Virus record (IMG/VR): IMGVR_UViG_3300042542_004122
Span: 8,162-72,161 of that record
Reading direction: 5' to 3' (one strand)
Source: a virus
DNA: 64,000 bases
Shown: positions 53,713 through 62,816 of the stretch, in pieces
Layout of the letters: every line of letters starts with the position of its first letter
Position numbering within the stretch: the first letter of the stretch is position 1
Program-made: the position numbers and the translations under genes
The notes under the pieces: model-generated
Seen by the model: only the letters and a program-made list of their open reading frames with translations
Databases searched by the model: none
Told to the model about the DNA's origin: nothing

Positions 53713-55958
53713 CAAAACTAGCTTTCGTATGTGCGTCTGTCGCCGATACAACTTTAGACTCATGGCTTAAAGAACTAGCACCCACATCCCTACATTCTAA
53801 GTATGATATTAAGTACCTATGCTCATCTCCTAAGGATAAGATCCTTAAGAAAGATGTAGATCTCGAAATGACAGTACTAGATACATATCCTTATATTGTA
53901 CCTGTAGGTGCCGAAGCTCTTAAGCATGTATGTGGTATGACTGGAATAACTAAATACAATGGAACCATTGTAAAAGATAAGTATATTCCATTGATGCACC
54001 CTAATATCATATCTGTTAAACCACAGAGTAGAGATGATATTGTTAAAGCCCTATCTACTATTTCTCAAATCGTAGATGGTAAATATAACGTAGTCGTAAA
54101 TGATAAGACCCATCTGTATATAGATAATGAGGAATCATATAATCAATATATGTCTTCTAGCTTTATAGATGCTAAAGAAGTAGTATGCGATATCGAAACT
54201 ACAGGTCTATCTTTTATGGACAATGACATAATCGGGGTTGCTTTTAGTACTAAACCTCACGAAGGTGTATTTATATCTATTGATATAATTCTAAAGCATA
54301 AAGAAGAAATTAAAAATCTACTTAAAACTAAAAAGGTAATATTCCATAACGGCAAATTCGATCAACAGTTCTTGAACTATCAACTAGGTTGGGAGTTTCC
54401 TGACTTTGAGGATACCATGCTTCTTCACTATTGCTTAGAAGAAGCCGTAGGCACGCATGGACTTAAGCCTCTAGCTATGAAATATACCGATCTAGGCGAC
54501 TATGAGCGCGAACTAGACGAATATAAAAAAGCTTTTTGTAGAAAAAGCAAGCTCAAGCTCGAAGATTTTAATTATGGAATGTTACCCTTAGACATCCTAG
54601 CTCCTTATGCTTGTAAGGATGCGGATGCTTCTTTTCAACTATACCTAAAATTCAAACCTCTTGTTGATAAGAATCCAAAATTTAAAAGTCTCTATGAGAC
54701 AATTCTCCTACCTGCTAGTAAATCACTAATGGTTCTAGAGAGAAACGGAGGCCCTATTGATGTATCCTTCGCCCAAACTCTTGTAGATAACTACAAAGTA
54801 GAAATTGATAAAACTCTAAAAGAGATTTATCAAGATGAAGCTGTTGCTAGATTTGAGCGTATATATGAAAAAACGTTCAATCCCAATAGCACTATGCAAC
54901 TTAGAGAACTTTTCTTTACTATTCTAAGATTAGAGCCAGTAAAGAAAACAGATTCCGGCGCTTGGTCAACAGATAAGGAAGTTCTAGAAGAACTAGATCA
55001 TCCTCTATCTAATCTAATACTAGATCTTCGTAAAAAGAAAAAGATCCAAGATACATACCTTGAAGGTATTATTAGCGGATTAAGCTCTGATAAAAGACTA
55101 CGTAGTGGTTTCAATATTCATGGAACTACCAGCGGACGTCTATCTAGCTCTGGAGTAATTAATTATCAAAATATTCCTCGAGACAATAAGGACATCAAAA
55201 AGATGTTTAAAGCCCGAGAGGGTTATAAGATAGTTCAGGGAGACTTGAAGACTGCGGAAGTGTATTACGCAGCAGTTCTCAGTAATGACGAATTCTTACA
55301 GAAAGCGTTCGTAGAAAAACTAGACTTCCACTCTTACATTGCTAAACAGATTTTCAATTTGCCGTGCAAGGTAGAAGAAGTTAAAAAACTATATCCAGAT
55401 AATAGACAGTGGGCAAAAGCAATTACATTCGGTATCATGTATCAAGCAGGGCCGGGTAAAATTGCAGAAACTGCTAACGTTACCTATCAAGAAGCTAAAA
55501 TGTTTATTAATAAATACTTTAGAGAAGCTAGTAATCTAAAGATATGGATTGATCATGCCAATGATTTCATTGCAAGCAATGCCTATATCTATAGCTTCTT
55601 CGGCAGAAAGCGCCGACTTCCAGAGAGTAAATCTCCAAATAGAGGCGTAGCAGGTCACGCAATTAGGTCTGGGGTTAACTTCTTAGTACAGAGTGTAGCG
55701 TCTGACATTAATCTTCTAGGTCTTGTAGATGCTATGAAATGGATACAAGATAACAACTATCAGAAAGAGATCATACCTTTTACCGTTGTTCACGACTCTA
55801 TAGTCGCGGAAGTAAGAGAAGATCTAGTTGATACCTGGGCTCAGAATATGCGTAAGTCTATTCAGATAGATAGAGGAATTAGTATCCCTAACTGTCCTAT
55901 TGATGTAGATTTCGAAGTAGGCAATAGCTGGGGAGAACTTGAGCCACTCAAAGTTTAA
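53709..55958 (+). CDS. polA: family A DNA polymerase with N-terminal UDG-like domain and 3'-5' exonuclease
   Basis: DIETTG, HNGKFD, YACKDAD, TTSGRLSSS, R..AKAITFGIMY, VHDS. Confidence 0.95.
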   Translation: MTKLAFVCASVADTTLDSWLKELAPTSLHSKYDIKYLCSSPKDKILKKDVDLEMTVLDTYPYIVPVGAEALKHVCGMTGITKYNGTIVKDKYIPLMHPNIISVKPQSRDDIVKALSTISQIVDGKYNVVVNDKTHLYIDNEESYNQYMSSSFIDAKEVVCDIETTGLSFMDNDIIGVAFSTKPHEGVFISIDIILKHKEEIKNLLKTKKVIFHNGKFDQQFLNYQLGWEFPDFEDTMLLHYCLEEAVGTHGLKPLAMKYTDLGDYERELDEYKKAFCRKSKLKLEDFNYGMLPLDILAPYACKDADASFQLYLKFKPLVDKNPKFKSLYETILLPASKSLMVLERNGGPIDVSFAQTLVDNYKVEIDKTLKEIYQDEAVARFERIYEKTFNPNSTMQLRELFFTILRLEPVKKTDSGAWSTDKEVLEELDHPLSNLILDLRKKKKIQDTYLEGIISGLSSDKRLRSGFNIHGTTSGRLSSSGVINYQNIPRDNKDIKKMFKAREGYKIVQGDLKTAEVYYAAVLSNDEFLQKAFVEKLDFHSYIAKQIFNLPCKVEEVKKLYPDNRQWAKAITFGIMYQAGPGKIAETANVTYQEAKMFINKYFREASNLKIWIDHANDFIASNAYIYSFFGRKRRLPESKSPNRGVAGHAIRSGVNFLVQSVASDINLLGLVDAMKWIQDNNYQKEIIPFTVVHDSIVAEVREDLVDTWAQNMRKSIQIDRGISIPNCPIDVDFEVGNSWGELEPLKV

Positions 55959-56451
55959 GGATATTGTTTTTCCTTTTTTTGCGAGAAAACATAATCCATA
56001 TTCTGTAATATACAAAAAAGATAAGGTTCTTGTTAAGGTAGATCCCCACAGTAAGGTTACGTTTATAGACAATGTAACCCCAGAAAACAAGAATCTTTCT
56101 TATTTTGAAAGATTATCTAATTTTGATACTAGAGTATCTTTTGAGTTTACTTGTAGAAATTTAACTGAACTATTGAATGCCAAAGTTTATTGGGGTGTAG
56201 ATAGTACTGGTAAAGTATTTGATTTAGTAAATAAAGAAAGATTTCCAACAAAACTAGCAAGAATTAGAAAAATTAAAGAAGGACTAATTTGGGTAAATTA
56301 TGTTAGCTATCCGTTAAAAATACATAAAACTGTAGACTTAGAAAATGCTGATTTAGACGTACTAAAAGTAATACTACTCTACATTGATTATGAATGGGTT
56401 ATCTATCAGTTTACCTATGATACAAAGATTAGTGAATACATAAACCTATGA
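55939..56451 (+). CDS. hypothetical protein between polymerase and D10 (T5-like position)
   Basis: 170-aa ORF; synteny. Confidence 0.7.
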   Translation: MSHSKFKDIVFPFFARKHNPYSVIYKKDKVLVKVDPHSKVTFIDNVTPENKNLSYFERLSNFDTRVSFEFTCRNLTELLNAKVYWGVDSTGKVFDLVNKERFPTKLARIRKIKEGLIWVNYVSYPLKIHKTVDLENADLDVLKVILLYIDYEWVIYQFTYDTKISEYINL

Positions 56452-57746
56452 AGATAAAAAACGCTACAATAAATGAAAAGTTAAGAATCTGCAAAGATGA
56501 CATAGAAGATATAAGTGATTTTGAATCTCTATATCTCTATAATTACGGAGATGAATTCTTTTCATCTATTGAAGAGATTGATAACTATTATTTAGTCCCT
56601 AGTAATTCTATATTTAAGCTAGAAGTAGAAAACTTAAAAGATGAACGCATAAAAAAAGAAATTGAACCTCTACTAGAATTTAATGGTAAATTAAGGCCTG
56701 AGCAGTTAGAAGCTATCAGGCCTTTTTTTCCAAATGGAATAGGTATGAGAGGGCTTAACTCCGGGCTACTACAGGCACCGTGTGGGTGGGGAAAGACTTT
56801 TGCAGCGTGCAATCTCATAGCAGAAGCAAGTCTTACTACTATAATTATAGTGCATACTAAGCTACTGTTCTATCAGTGGATAGAAGAATTGAAAAAGTTA
56901 ATACCAAATCAAGAAATTGGTATGATAGGCGATGGTAAGTTTAACCTTAAACCTATAACGGTTGCTATCTATAAAAGCGCCAACAATAATATAGAGGCTA
57001 TAAAGAACGAATTTTCCCTAGTGATAGTAGACGAGGCACATCTGTGCCCAGCCGAAACCTTCTCGGAAACTGTAAATAATATAAATTCTAAGTATAAGAT
57101 TGCGATTACTGCAACTCCTGCTAGAAAAGATGGTCACCATTTAGTATTACCAGATTATTTTGGAGATAAGTTAGTAGTCGCTAAAGATAGTAGAAAATTG
57201 GCAGATTGCCATTTTGAAATAGTTAAATCAGATATACCTTTTATGATATTCAATATCAATAGAGATTGGACTGCTAGGTTATCTGAACTAGGAGAAAATC
57301 CCAAGTATTTAAACTTAGTCGCAGAAAAAGCTAAAGAGAAAATAGCCGAAGGTAGATGCTTATTAATTCTGTCAGAACGAGTAGGTATGCTAAAAGAACT
57401 ATTAAAACTAATTCCAGATAGTAAACTTTTGATCGGAGAAACTCCGCAAACCGAAAGAGATAAAATACTAAACTCTGCTGGAAAAGAAGTAAAAGCTATT
57501 CTCACCACTAAGATATTTGACGAAGGAATTAGTTGTCACCGTCTAGATACAATATTTTTAACTTGTCCTAATAATAATCCTATTAAACTAGAGCAGAGAG
57601 TAGGAAGAATTATTAGGTTACATCCAGATAAAAAAGATCCACTAATCGTAGATTTTTGGCTAAAAGGACATATAGTTCAGGCACAACAATCTAAGAGAGT
57701 TCAGTGGTATCTGATCAAGGGATTTAAACCGATTGAAGCATTTTAA
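56448..57746 (+). CDS. SF2 DEAH helicase (T5 D10-like)
   Basis: APCGWGKT, DEAH, TATPARKDG, QRVGRIIR. Confidence 0.92.
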   Translation: MKIKNATINEKLRICKDDIEDISDFESLYLYNYGDEFFSSIEEIDNYYLVPSNSIFKLEVENLKDERIKKEIEPLLEFNGKLRPEQLEAIRPFFPNGIGMRGLNSGLLQAPCGWGKTFAACNLIAEASLTTIIIVHTKLLFYQWIEELKKLIPNQEIGMIGDGKFNLKPITVAIYKSANNNIEAIKNEFSLVIVDEAHLCPAETFSETVNNINSKYKIAITATPARKDGHHLVLPDYFGDKLVVAKDSRKLADCHFEIVKSDIPFMIFNINRDWTARLSELGENPKYLNLVAEKAKEKIAEGRCLLILSERVGMLKELLKLIPDSKLLIGETPQTERDKILNSAGKEVKAILTTKIFDEGISCHRLDTIFLTCPNNNPIKLEQRVGRIIRLHPDKKDPLIVDFWLKGHIVQAQQSKRVQWYLIKGFKPIEAF

Positions 57747-58221
57747 TTGGTACGAGTTAAAGTCGCGCAGTGATAATGTACCGGAAGGTATAATTACATT
57801 GACTTATGCTCTTAGTAAAGGATATAATTCAATTATAAGTTCTTCGGAGAGTTTATTGCTCTCCAGACTTAACATTGATCATATACCTCAAGTTTTATAT
57901 AGGAAAAGACATATAGTTAAAAGTCTCTTTGGGATTATTAACAACTATGTAACTACAGAACCTCAATGTTATTTAGTCAATTTCGATTGGCTAAACGATA
58001 AAGAATCTGTCTACAATAAAATTGTATATATTTATGCACTGAGTCAAAGATCCATAAATAATAAAAATTTATATATTCCAGAAACTTATCTAGATGATAA
58101 ATACTGGGATAATCCTTACTTAAAACATAAAGATCAAAAACTATGGTTCATACCAGAACTTACACATTTAAACCAATATAAAAAAGGAGAAACAACAAAT
58201 GGTAGCATGGGATCAGGCTAA
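57733..58221 (+). CDS. hypothetical protein
   Basis: 162-aa ORF. Confidence 0.65.
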   Translation: MKHFNWYELKSRSDNVPEGIITLTYALSKGYNSIISSSESLLLSRLNIDHIPQVLYRKRHIVKSLFGIINNYVTTEPQCYLVNFDWLNDKESVYNKIVYIYALSQRSINNKNLYIPETYLDDKYWDNPYLKHKDQKLWFIPELTHLNQYKKGETTNGSMGSG

Positions 58222-58843
58222 AAAAGAAACAAAAGGAGATCGCAAGGTAATCGAGCGTCTAACAATAGTAGGAGATACTAAGGTTAGATTCGTGGGAGAA
58301 GTTCTTCCTCGTTACGTTTACTGGGTAATCACTAAAGAGGGAAAGAAGATGCCGGTAGAATGCCTACAGTTCAACCGTCAGTCAGAATCTTTTGACAGTA
58401 ATGCAAAAGACCCAATGAAGGAACTACCTCCAGATATCTATTCTGAAAAGCCACAGTTCGCTTATGTCTGTAACGTACTAGACAGAAGCGATGGTAAAGT
58501 CAAGCTATTCGACGTCAAAGCAACTATTTACAAGCAAATTGTAGACTATGCTCGTAACCCAGAATATGGTAACCCCGCAGACCCAGAAAAGGGATACGAC
58601 ATCACAATCAAGAAAGAGAAGACAGGTCCTCTTCCTCAGAACGTAAAGTATACCTGTGTACCTGCTAGAACAAGCAAGGCACTGACTGCAGAAGAACGTG
58701 CTATTGAGCTTTACGAAGTATCAAAGATGTATAAGCGCCCAACTTACGAAGAGCAGAAGAAGTGGCTACTAGACAACACCATGTTGTTTAGCACTATAAC
58801 TGACAATTCTCTATCACCAGAAGGAGTAGAGGATCTTAATTAA
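58199..58843 (+). CDS. ssDNA-binding protein (T5 D11-like)
   Basis: RFVGEVLPRYVYW...G.PADP..GYDI...KTGP...NVKY, acidic tail. Confidence 0.8.
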   Translation: MVAWDQAKKETKGDRKVIERLTIVGDTKVRFVGEVLPRYVYWVITKEGKKMPVECLQFNRQSESFDSNAKDPMKELPPDIYSEKPQFAYVCNVLDRSDGKVKLFDVKATIYKQIVDYARNPEYGNPADPEKGYDITIKKEKTGPLPQNVKYTCVPARTSKALTAEERAIELYEVSKMYKRPTYEEQKKWLLDNTMLFSTITDNSLSPEGVEDLN

Positions 58844-59697
58844 TGGGTAAGGTATCAAAACTAGCAGAGATGATACCTAACGGTAAACCCTCTGTAACAC
58901 CTGACCCAAATAATCCGGGGCAGATGCACATAAACATTGAAGAACTGCAGAAACACAACCTGTTTTTTGCAACTCCATGTTATGGTGGACAGCTAACAGA
59001 TCAGTTTTTCTTATCAATGTTTAGGCTTACTCAAGCTCTAAATCATTACAAGATTAATTACAGAATCACTACTCTTAGAAATGAGAGCCTAGTGCCTAGA
59101 GCTAGAAATATCTTAACAGCAATGTTTCTAGAGAGTGATTGCTCTCACCTAATGTTCATAGATGCAGATATTGAATTCGAGCCAGATTCAGTAATCAGAA
59201 TGTTAGCAATGAATAAGCCATTAATTGCAGCAGCTTATCCTAAGAAAACAGTTGATTGGGAGAGTGTAAGAAGAGCAGCTATCGAAGGAAAAGAGGATAT
59301 CTCTAAGTACAGTGCTCAATATGCTATAAATCTTAAGTTCAAAGATCCTAGAACTAGAGAACTTAATGTAGATAACGGAGCTATAGAAGTAATGGATGCT
59401 TCTACCGGATTCTTCATGGTGCAAAGAGTTGTCTTTGACAAGATGATTCAAGCATATCCAGAACTACATTATAAAAATGATAGTTCTATTGATCCTAAGT
59501 TCAATCCATTCTGTTATTCTTTCTTCGATACTATTCATGATCCAGATGATAACAGATACTTATCAGAAGACTATACTTTCTGTCGTAGATGGCAGAAAAT
59601 AGGCGGTAAGATTTGGCTTGATCCTAGCACTAGACTAAGTCACGTAGGGGCATTCACTTTCCCTGGAGACGTGAGCAGGATATTTGACAGACGTTAA
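58843..59697 (+). CDS. GT-A-like protein
   Basis: ATPCYGG, ESLVPRARN, FIDADI, TGFFM, YLSEDYTFC..W...GG. Confidence 0.75.
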   Translation: MGKVSKLAEMIPNGKPSVTPDPNNPGQMHINIEELQKHNLFFATPCYGGQLTDQFFLSMFRLTQALNHYKINYRITTLRNESLVPRARNILTAMFLESDCSHLMFIDADIEFEPDSVIRMLAMNKPLIAAAYPKKTVDWESVRRAAIEGKEDISKYSAQYAINLKFKDPRTRELNVDNGAIEVMDASTGFFMVQRVVFDKMIQAYPELHYKNDSSIDPKFNPFCYSFFDTIHDPDDNRYLSEDYTFCRRWQKIGGKIWLDPSTRLSHVGAFTFPGDVSRIFDRR

Positions 59698-59938
59698 CCG
59701 CGTTGTGTCTCTCCGAGACAGCGTGGGAGTTCTTGTAATAATACTCCCACGTTAACCGCGTTGTGTCTCTCCGAGACAGCGTGGGAGTTCTTGTAATAAT
59801 ACTCCCACGTTAACCGCGTTATGTCTCTCCGAGACGGCGTGGGAGCTCTTGTAATAAGACACAAGACTCCCACGTATTCGTTATGTCTCTCCGAGACCTC
59901 TTAGTTGCAGCGTTCATACGTTATGCCTCTCCGAGGCA
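59691..59938. repeat. 58-bp tandem repeats of hairpin units; candidate replication origin
   Basis: Units at 59691, 59749 and 59807; core CGTT(A/G)TG(T/C)CTCTCCGAG(A/G)C at 59701, 59759, 59817, 59879 and 59919. Confidence 0.9.
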
Positions 59939-60032
59939 AGCTGAAGACGAATGTGCCATATAGGGAACCGCGGTCACATATATGCAACAACGTCTCATAC
60001 GTTATTTATAGCATATTATAGAAAGTTTTTCA

Positions 60033-60992
60033 ATGTTTAAAATCTTACACAGTGCAGATTGGCACATACTCCTACATAAGAAGAAAGTTCCTTGGGAATG
60101 GCAGTCTAATCGTTTCCAAGAGTTTTTCAACCATCTTCTTGAGCTAGAGAAGGGATGCACCGCGCACATAATCGCAGGAGATGTCTTTGATAAGAAACCA
60201 GAACCTGATGAAGTAGCTCTTTTCTTATCCTATATCCATAGGGTTAAGACTAAGACATTCATTATTCCTGGTAATCATGAGGCTACCTCTAAGGGTGAAT
60301 CTTTTTTAAAGCACTTCACTGGAGAGTATAAAATCAATAATCCCCAAGTAGAGATTATCTGCTATAACGCTGCGCGCAGCCTGGAAGGAGTTAACTTTCA
60401 GTTCTTTCCCTATGGCGAGATGCAACGAGATAACCTGCCTAGACCTCTTCCTGATCACATCCTAGTCACACACATACGTGGAGAGGTGCCTCCGCATATT
60501 ACAGCTGAGTATGATTTTGAAAGGTTACGTCCTTGGAAGCTAGTTCTTTGTGGAGACTTACATCATAACCATCAGTATCGAGATATGCCTGTGTATTATC
60601 CAGGTAGTCCGATGAATGTAAGTTTTGACCGTAATGAGGAAAGAGAATATGGTGTGAATATTGTAGAAGGAACTCTTGATGACTACAGGGTTAAGTTTGT
60701 CCCCTTAGACTTGCCTAAACTAGTTAGACGTCGTATCCGCTCCGGAGAAGAGATGACGCCTAGTGCAAGAGATCACATTGTATACGAAGTAGTTGGAAGT
60801 GTAGACGAGTTGGCGCGCGTTGAGGGGTCTGCACTCTTAGATAAGAAGATCGCGCATAGGGCAGACGAAGAGAGCACCTTAGATCTCACCGGGTTATCTC
60901 TAGTCGAAGAGCTGGAGAGTTATTTGCGTCATCAGCGAATAGAAGATGTAGAAGGTATCTCTGCCACATTTAAAAAGTTAGGAATCTCATGA
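60033..60992 (+). CDS. SbcD/Mre11-like nuclease (T5 D12-like)
   Basis: ADWH, AGDVFD, PGNHE, GDLH, YPGSP. Confidence 0.92.
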   Translation: MFKILHSADWHILLHKKKVPWEWQSNRFQEFFNHLLELEKGCTAHIIAGDVFDKKPEPDEVALFLSYIHRVKTKTFIIPGNHEATSKGESFLKHFTGEYKINNPQVEIICYNAARSLEGVNFQFFPYGEMQRDNLPRPLPDHILVTHIRGEVPPHITAEYDFERLRPWKLVLCGDLHHNHQYRDMPVYYPGSPMNVSFDRNEEREYGVNIVEGTLDDYRVKFVPLDLPKLVRRRIRSGEEMTPSARDHIVYEVVGSVDELARVEGSALLDKKIAHRADEESTLDLTGLSLVEELESYLRHQRIEDVEGISATFKKLGIS

Positions 60993-62815
60993 ATATTCAA
61001 CTTAGAAGCTTAGCATGGTCTAATATGTTTAGCTATGGCGCAGGCAATCAGCTAAACCTGGAGAGGGCTAAGATCTCTCAGCTCTCTGGCGTAAATGGTA
61101 ATGGTAAGACTAGTATTTCTCTAATCTTACAAGAGTTGCTCTACAGTAAGAACATCAAGGGTATTAAAAAAGGCGATATCCTTAATAGACATACTACTGC
61201 TCGTGGTTGGTCTGGGCAGCTTAGTTTCAAGGTAGACAAAGACCTCTATGATCTCACGGTAGAGCGTGTAGGAGATTCTAGTAAGGTCAAGCTGTTAAAA
61301 AACGGACAAGATATCTCTGAACATAAGATTCCTGATACCTATAAAAAGCTACACACTATTCTTGGTATGACTTTTGAGGTATTCTCTCAGCTAACCTATC
61401 AGAGTAGTACCGATCTCTTAGACTTCATCAAGGCTACAGATACTAATAGAAAGAAGTTCTTAATCAACCTCTTTGGGCTTGAGAAGTATCTTGAGATTGG
61501 TGACGTCTTGAAGATAAAGATGACTGATGTCGAACAAGAACACGCAACCTTACAGGGTGAACTCTCAGGAGTTAAAAAGTTTTTAGAAAGCACTACTATT
61601 ACTGATAAGAAAACGCTCATACCAGTTCCTCCTTATGACACGCAAGCAGAAACTAAGCGGGCTCATCTAAAAGTTCAGCTAGACGACTTTAACGCTCAGT
61701 GCATCAAGATTGATAAGAACCTAATGCTTATCAAGGAGCGTGATGGATTGAAATTTGATGTAAGTGTCGAAAAGCCTAGCCAAGACGTAACGCTTTCAGA
61801 CAAGATAAAAGCAGCAGATACTGCTATCACCTTAAAAACTCAGAAAGTCAAAGACCTAGAGCGTAACAAGTCTAGTATTGATACCAGTGATTCTTGCTAT
61901 GCTTGCGGTCAGAAGATTGATAACTCTAAAGGCGTAGAGTTAAAAAATCAGATAGATTTAGAGATAGGCAAACTTAACTTTGAACTAACAGAACTTAAGG
62001 CGGATCTGAAGTCGCACAGAGAGCAGGAGAATAGAGAGAGTATAGCCTATCGTAATTGGATAACTAATCAAAAAGCTATCGAGAGATTTGAACAGCTCTC
62101 ACAACTGATAGATAAGTCAATTCCCTTTGTTTACCCAGACTATGCAGCTATCAAAACAGACTACGACAATACAACAAAATATTTAAATGATTTGCAAAAC
62201 TCTATAGAAGAGGCTAATAGATATAACAATCAAGTTCATATCCACAATACTAGAGTAGAAACCCTAGTAGAGCAACGTAGAGATTTTTTAGCTAGACAAG
62301 AGTTGTTAGAGAATAGTATAATAAATCTTAAAATAAAGATTAATCATTTGAACATTCTTAAAAAAGCGTTTTCTACCTCAGGCATCGTTGCTTTTAAGCT
62401 AGAAAACCTTACTAAGCAGTTAGAGAGCACGATTAACTATTATCTCGCTGAACTCTCTGACGGACAGTTCCAGATTATCTTCAGACTCAATGGTGAAAAA
62501 CTCAATATCGTTGTTGCTAATAACGGTAAAGAAACACCCATCGAAACAGTTTCAGGTGGCGAATTTGGTAGAATTCAAACCTCTATCCTACTTGCCATAA
62601 GGAATATTTTATCTAAAATTGGTGGTAGTAAAGTAAATATACTATTCCTAGACGAAATTACAGGTGTCTTAGACGCAGCAGGAAAAGAAAGACTAGTAGA
62701 TATCTTAATGCAGGAAGATGCTAATACATTCTTTATCTCTCACGACTTTGAGCACCCACTTATCGAAAAAATTCAAATCGTAAAACAAAACAACATATCT
62801 AAAATAGGAGAATAA
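60989..62815 (+). CDS. SbcC/Rad50-like ATPase (T5 D13-like)
   Basis: GVNGNGKT, CYACGQ zinc hook, SGGE, LFLDE. Confidence 0.92.
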   Translation: MNIQLRSLAWSNMFSYGAGNQLNLERAKISQLSGVNGNGKTSISLILQELLYSKNIKGIKKGDILNRHTTARGWSGQLSFKVDKDLYDLTVERVGDSSKVKLLKNGQDISEHKIPDTYKKLHTILGMTFEVFSQLTYQSSTDLLDFIKATDTNRKKFLINLFGLEKYLEIGDVLKIKMTDVEQEHATLQGELSGVKKFLESTTITDKKTLIPVPPYDTQAETKRAHLKVQLDDFNAQCIKIDKNLMLIKERDGLKFDVSVEKPSQDVTLSDKIKAADTAITLKTQKVKDLERNKSSIDTSDSCYACGQKIDNSKGVELKNQIDLEIGKLNFELTELKADLKSHREQENRESIAYRNWITNQKAIERFEQLSQLIDKSIPFVYPDYAAIKTDYDNTTKYLNDLQNSIEEANRYNNQVHIHNTRVETLVEQRRDFLARQELLENSIINLKIKINHLNILKKAFSTSGIVAFKLENLTKQLESTINYYLAELSDGQFQIIFRLNGEKLNIVVANNGKETPIETVSGGEFGRIQTSILLAIRNILSKIGGSKVNILFLDEITGVLDAAGKERLVDILMQEDANTFFISHDFEHPLIEKIQIVKQNNISKIGE

Positions 62816-62816
62816 T

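Noticed and set aside
53709-55958. Intein or intron in the polymerase (also checked helicase and ligase)
   Set aside because: Lengths and motif spacing look normal and no splice motifs were seen.
59691-59938. CRISPR array
   Set aside because: The intervening segments are identical or related hairpins rather than unique spacers, and no cas genes are present.
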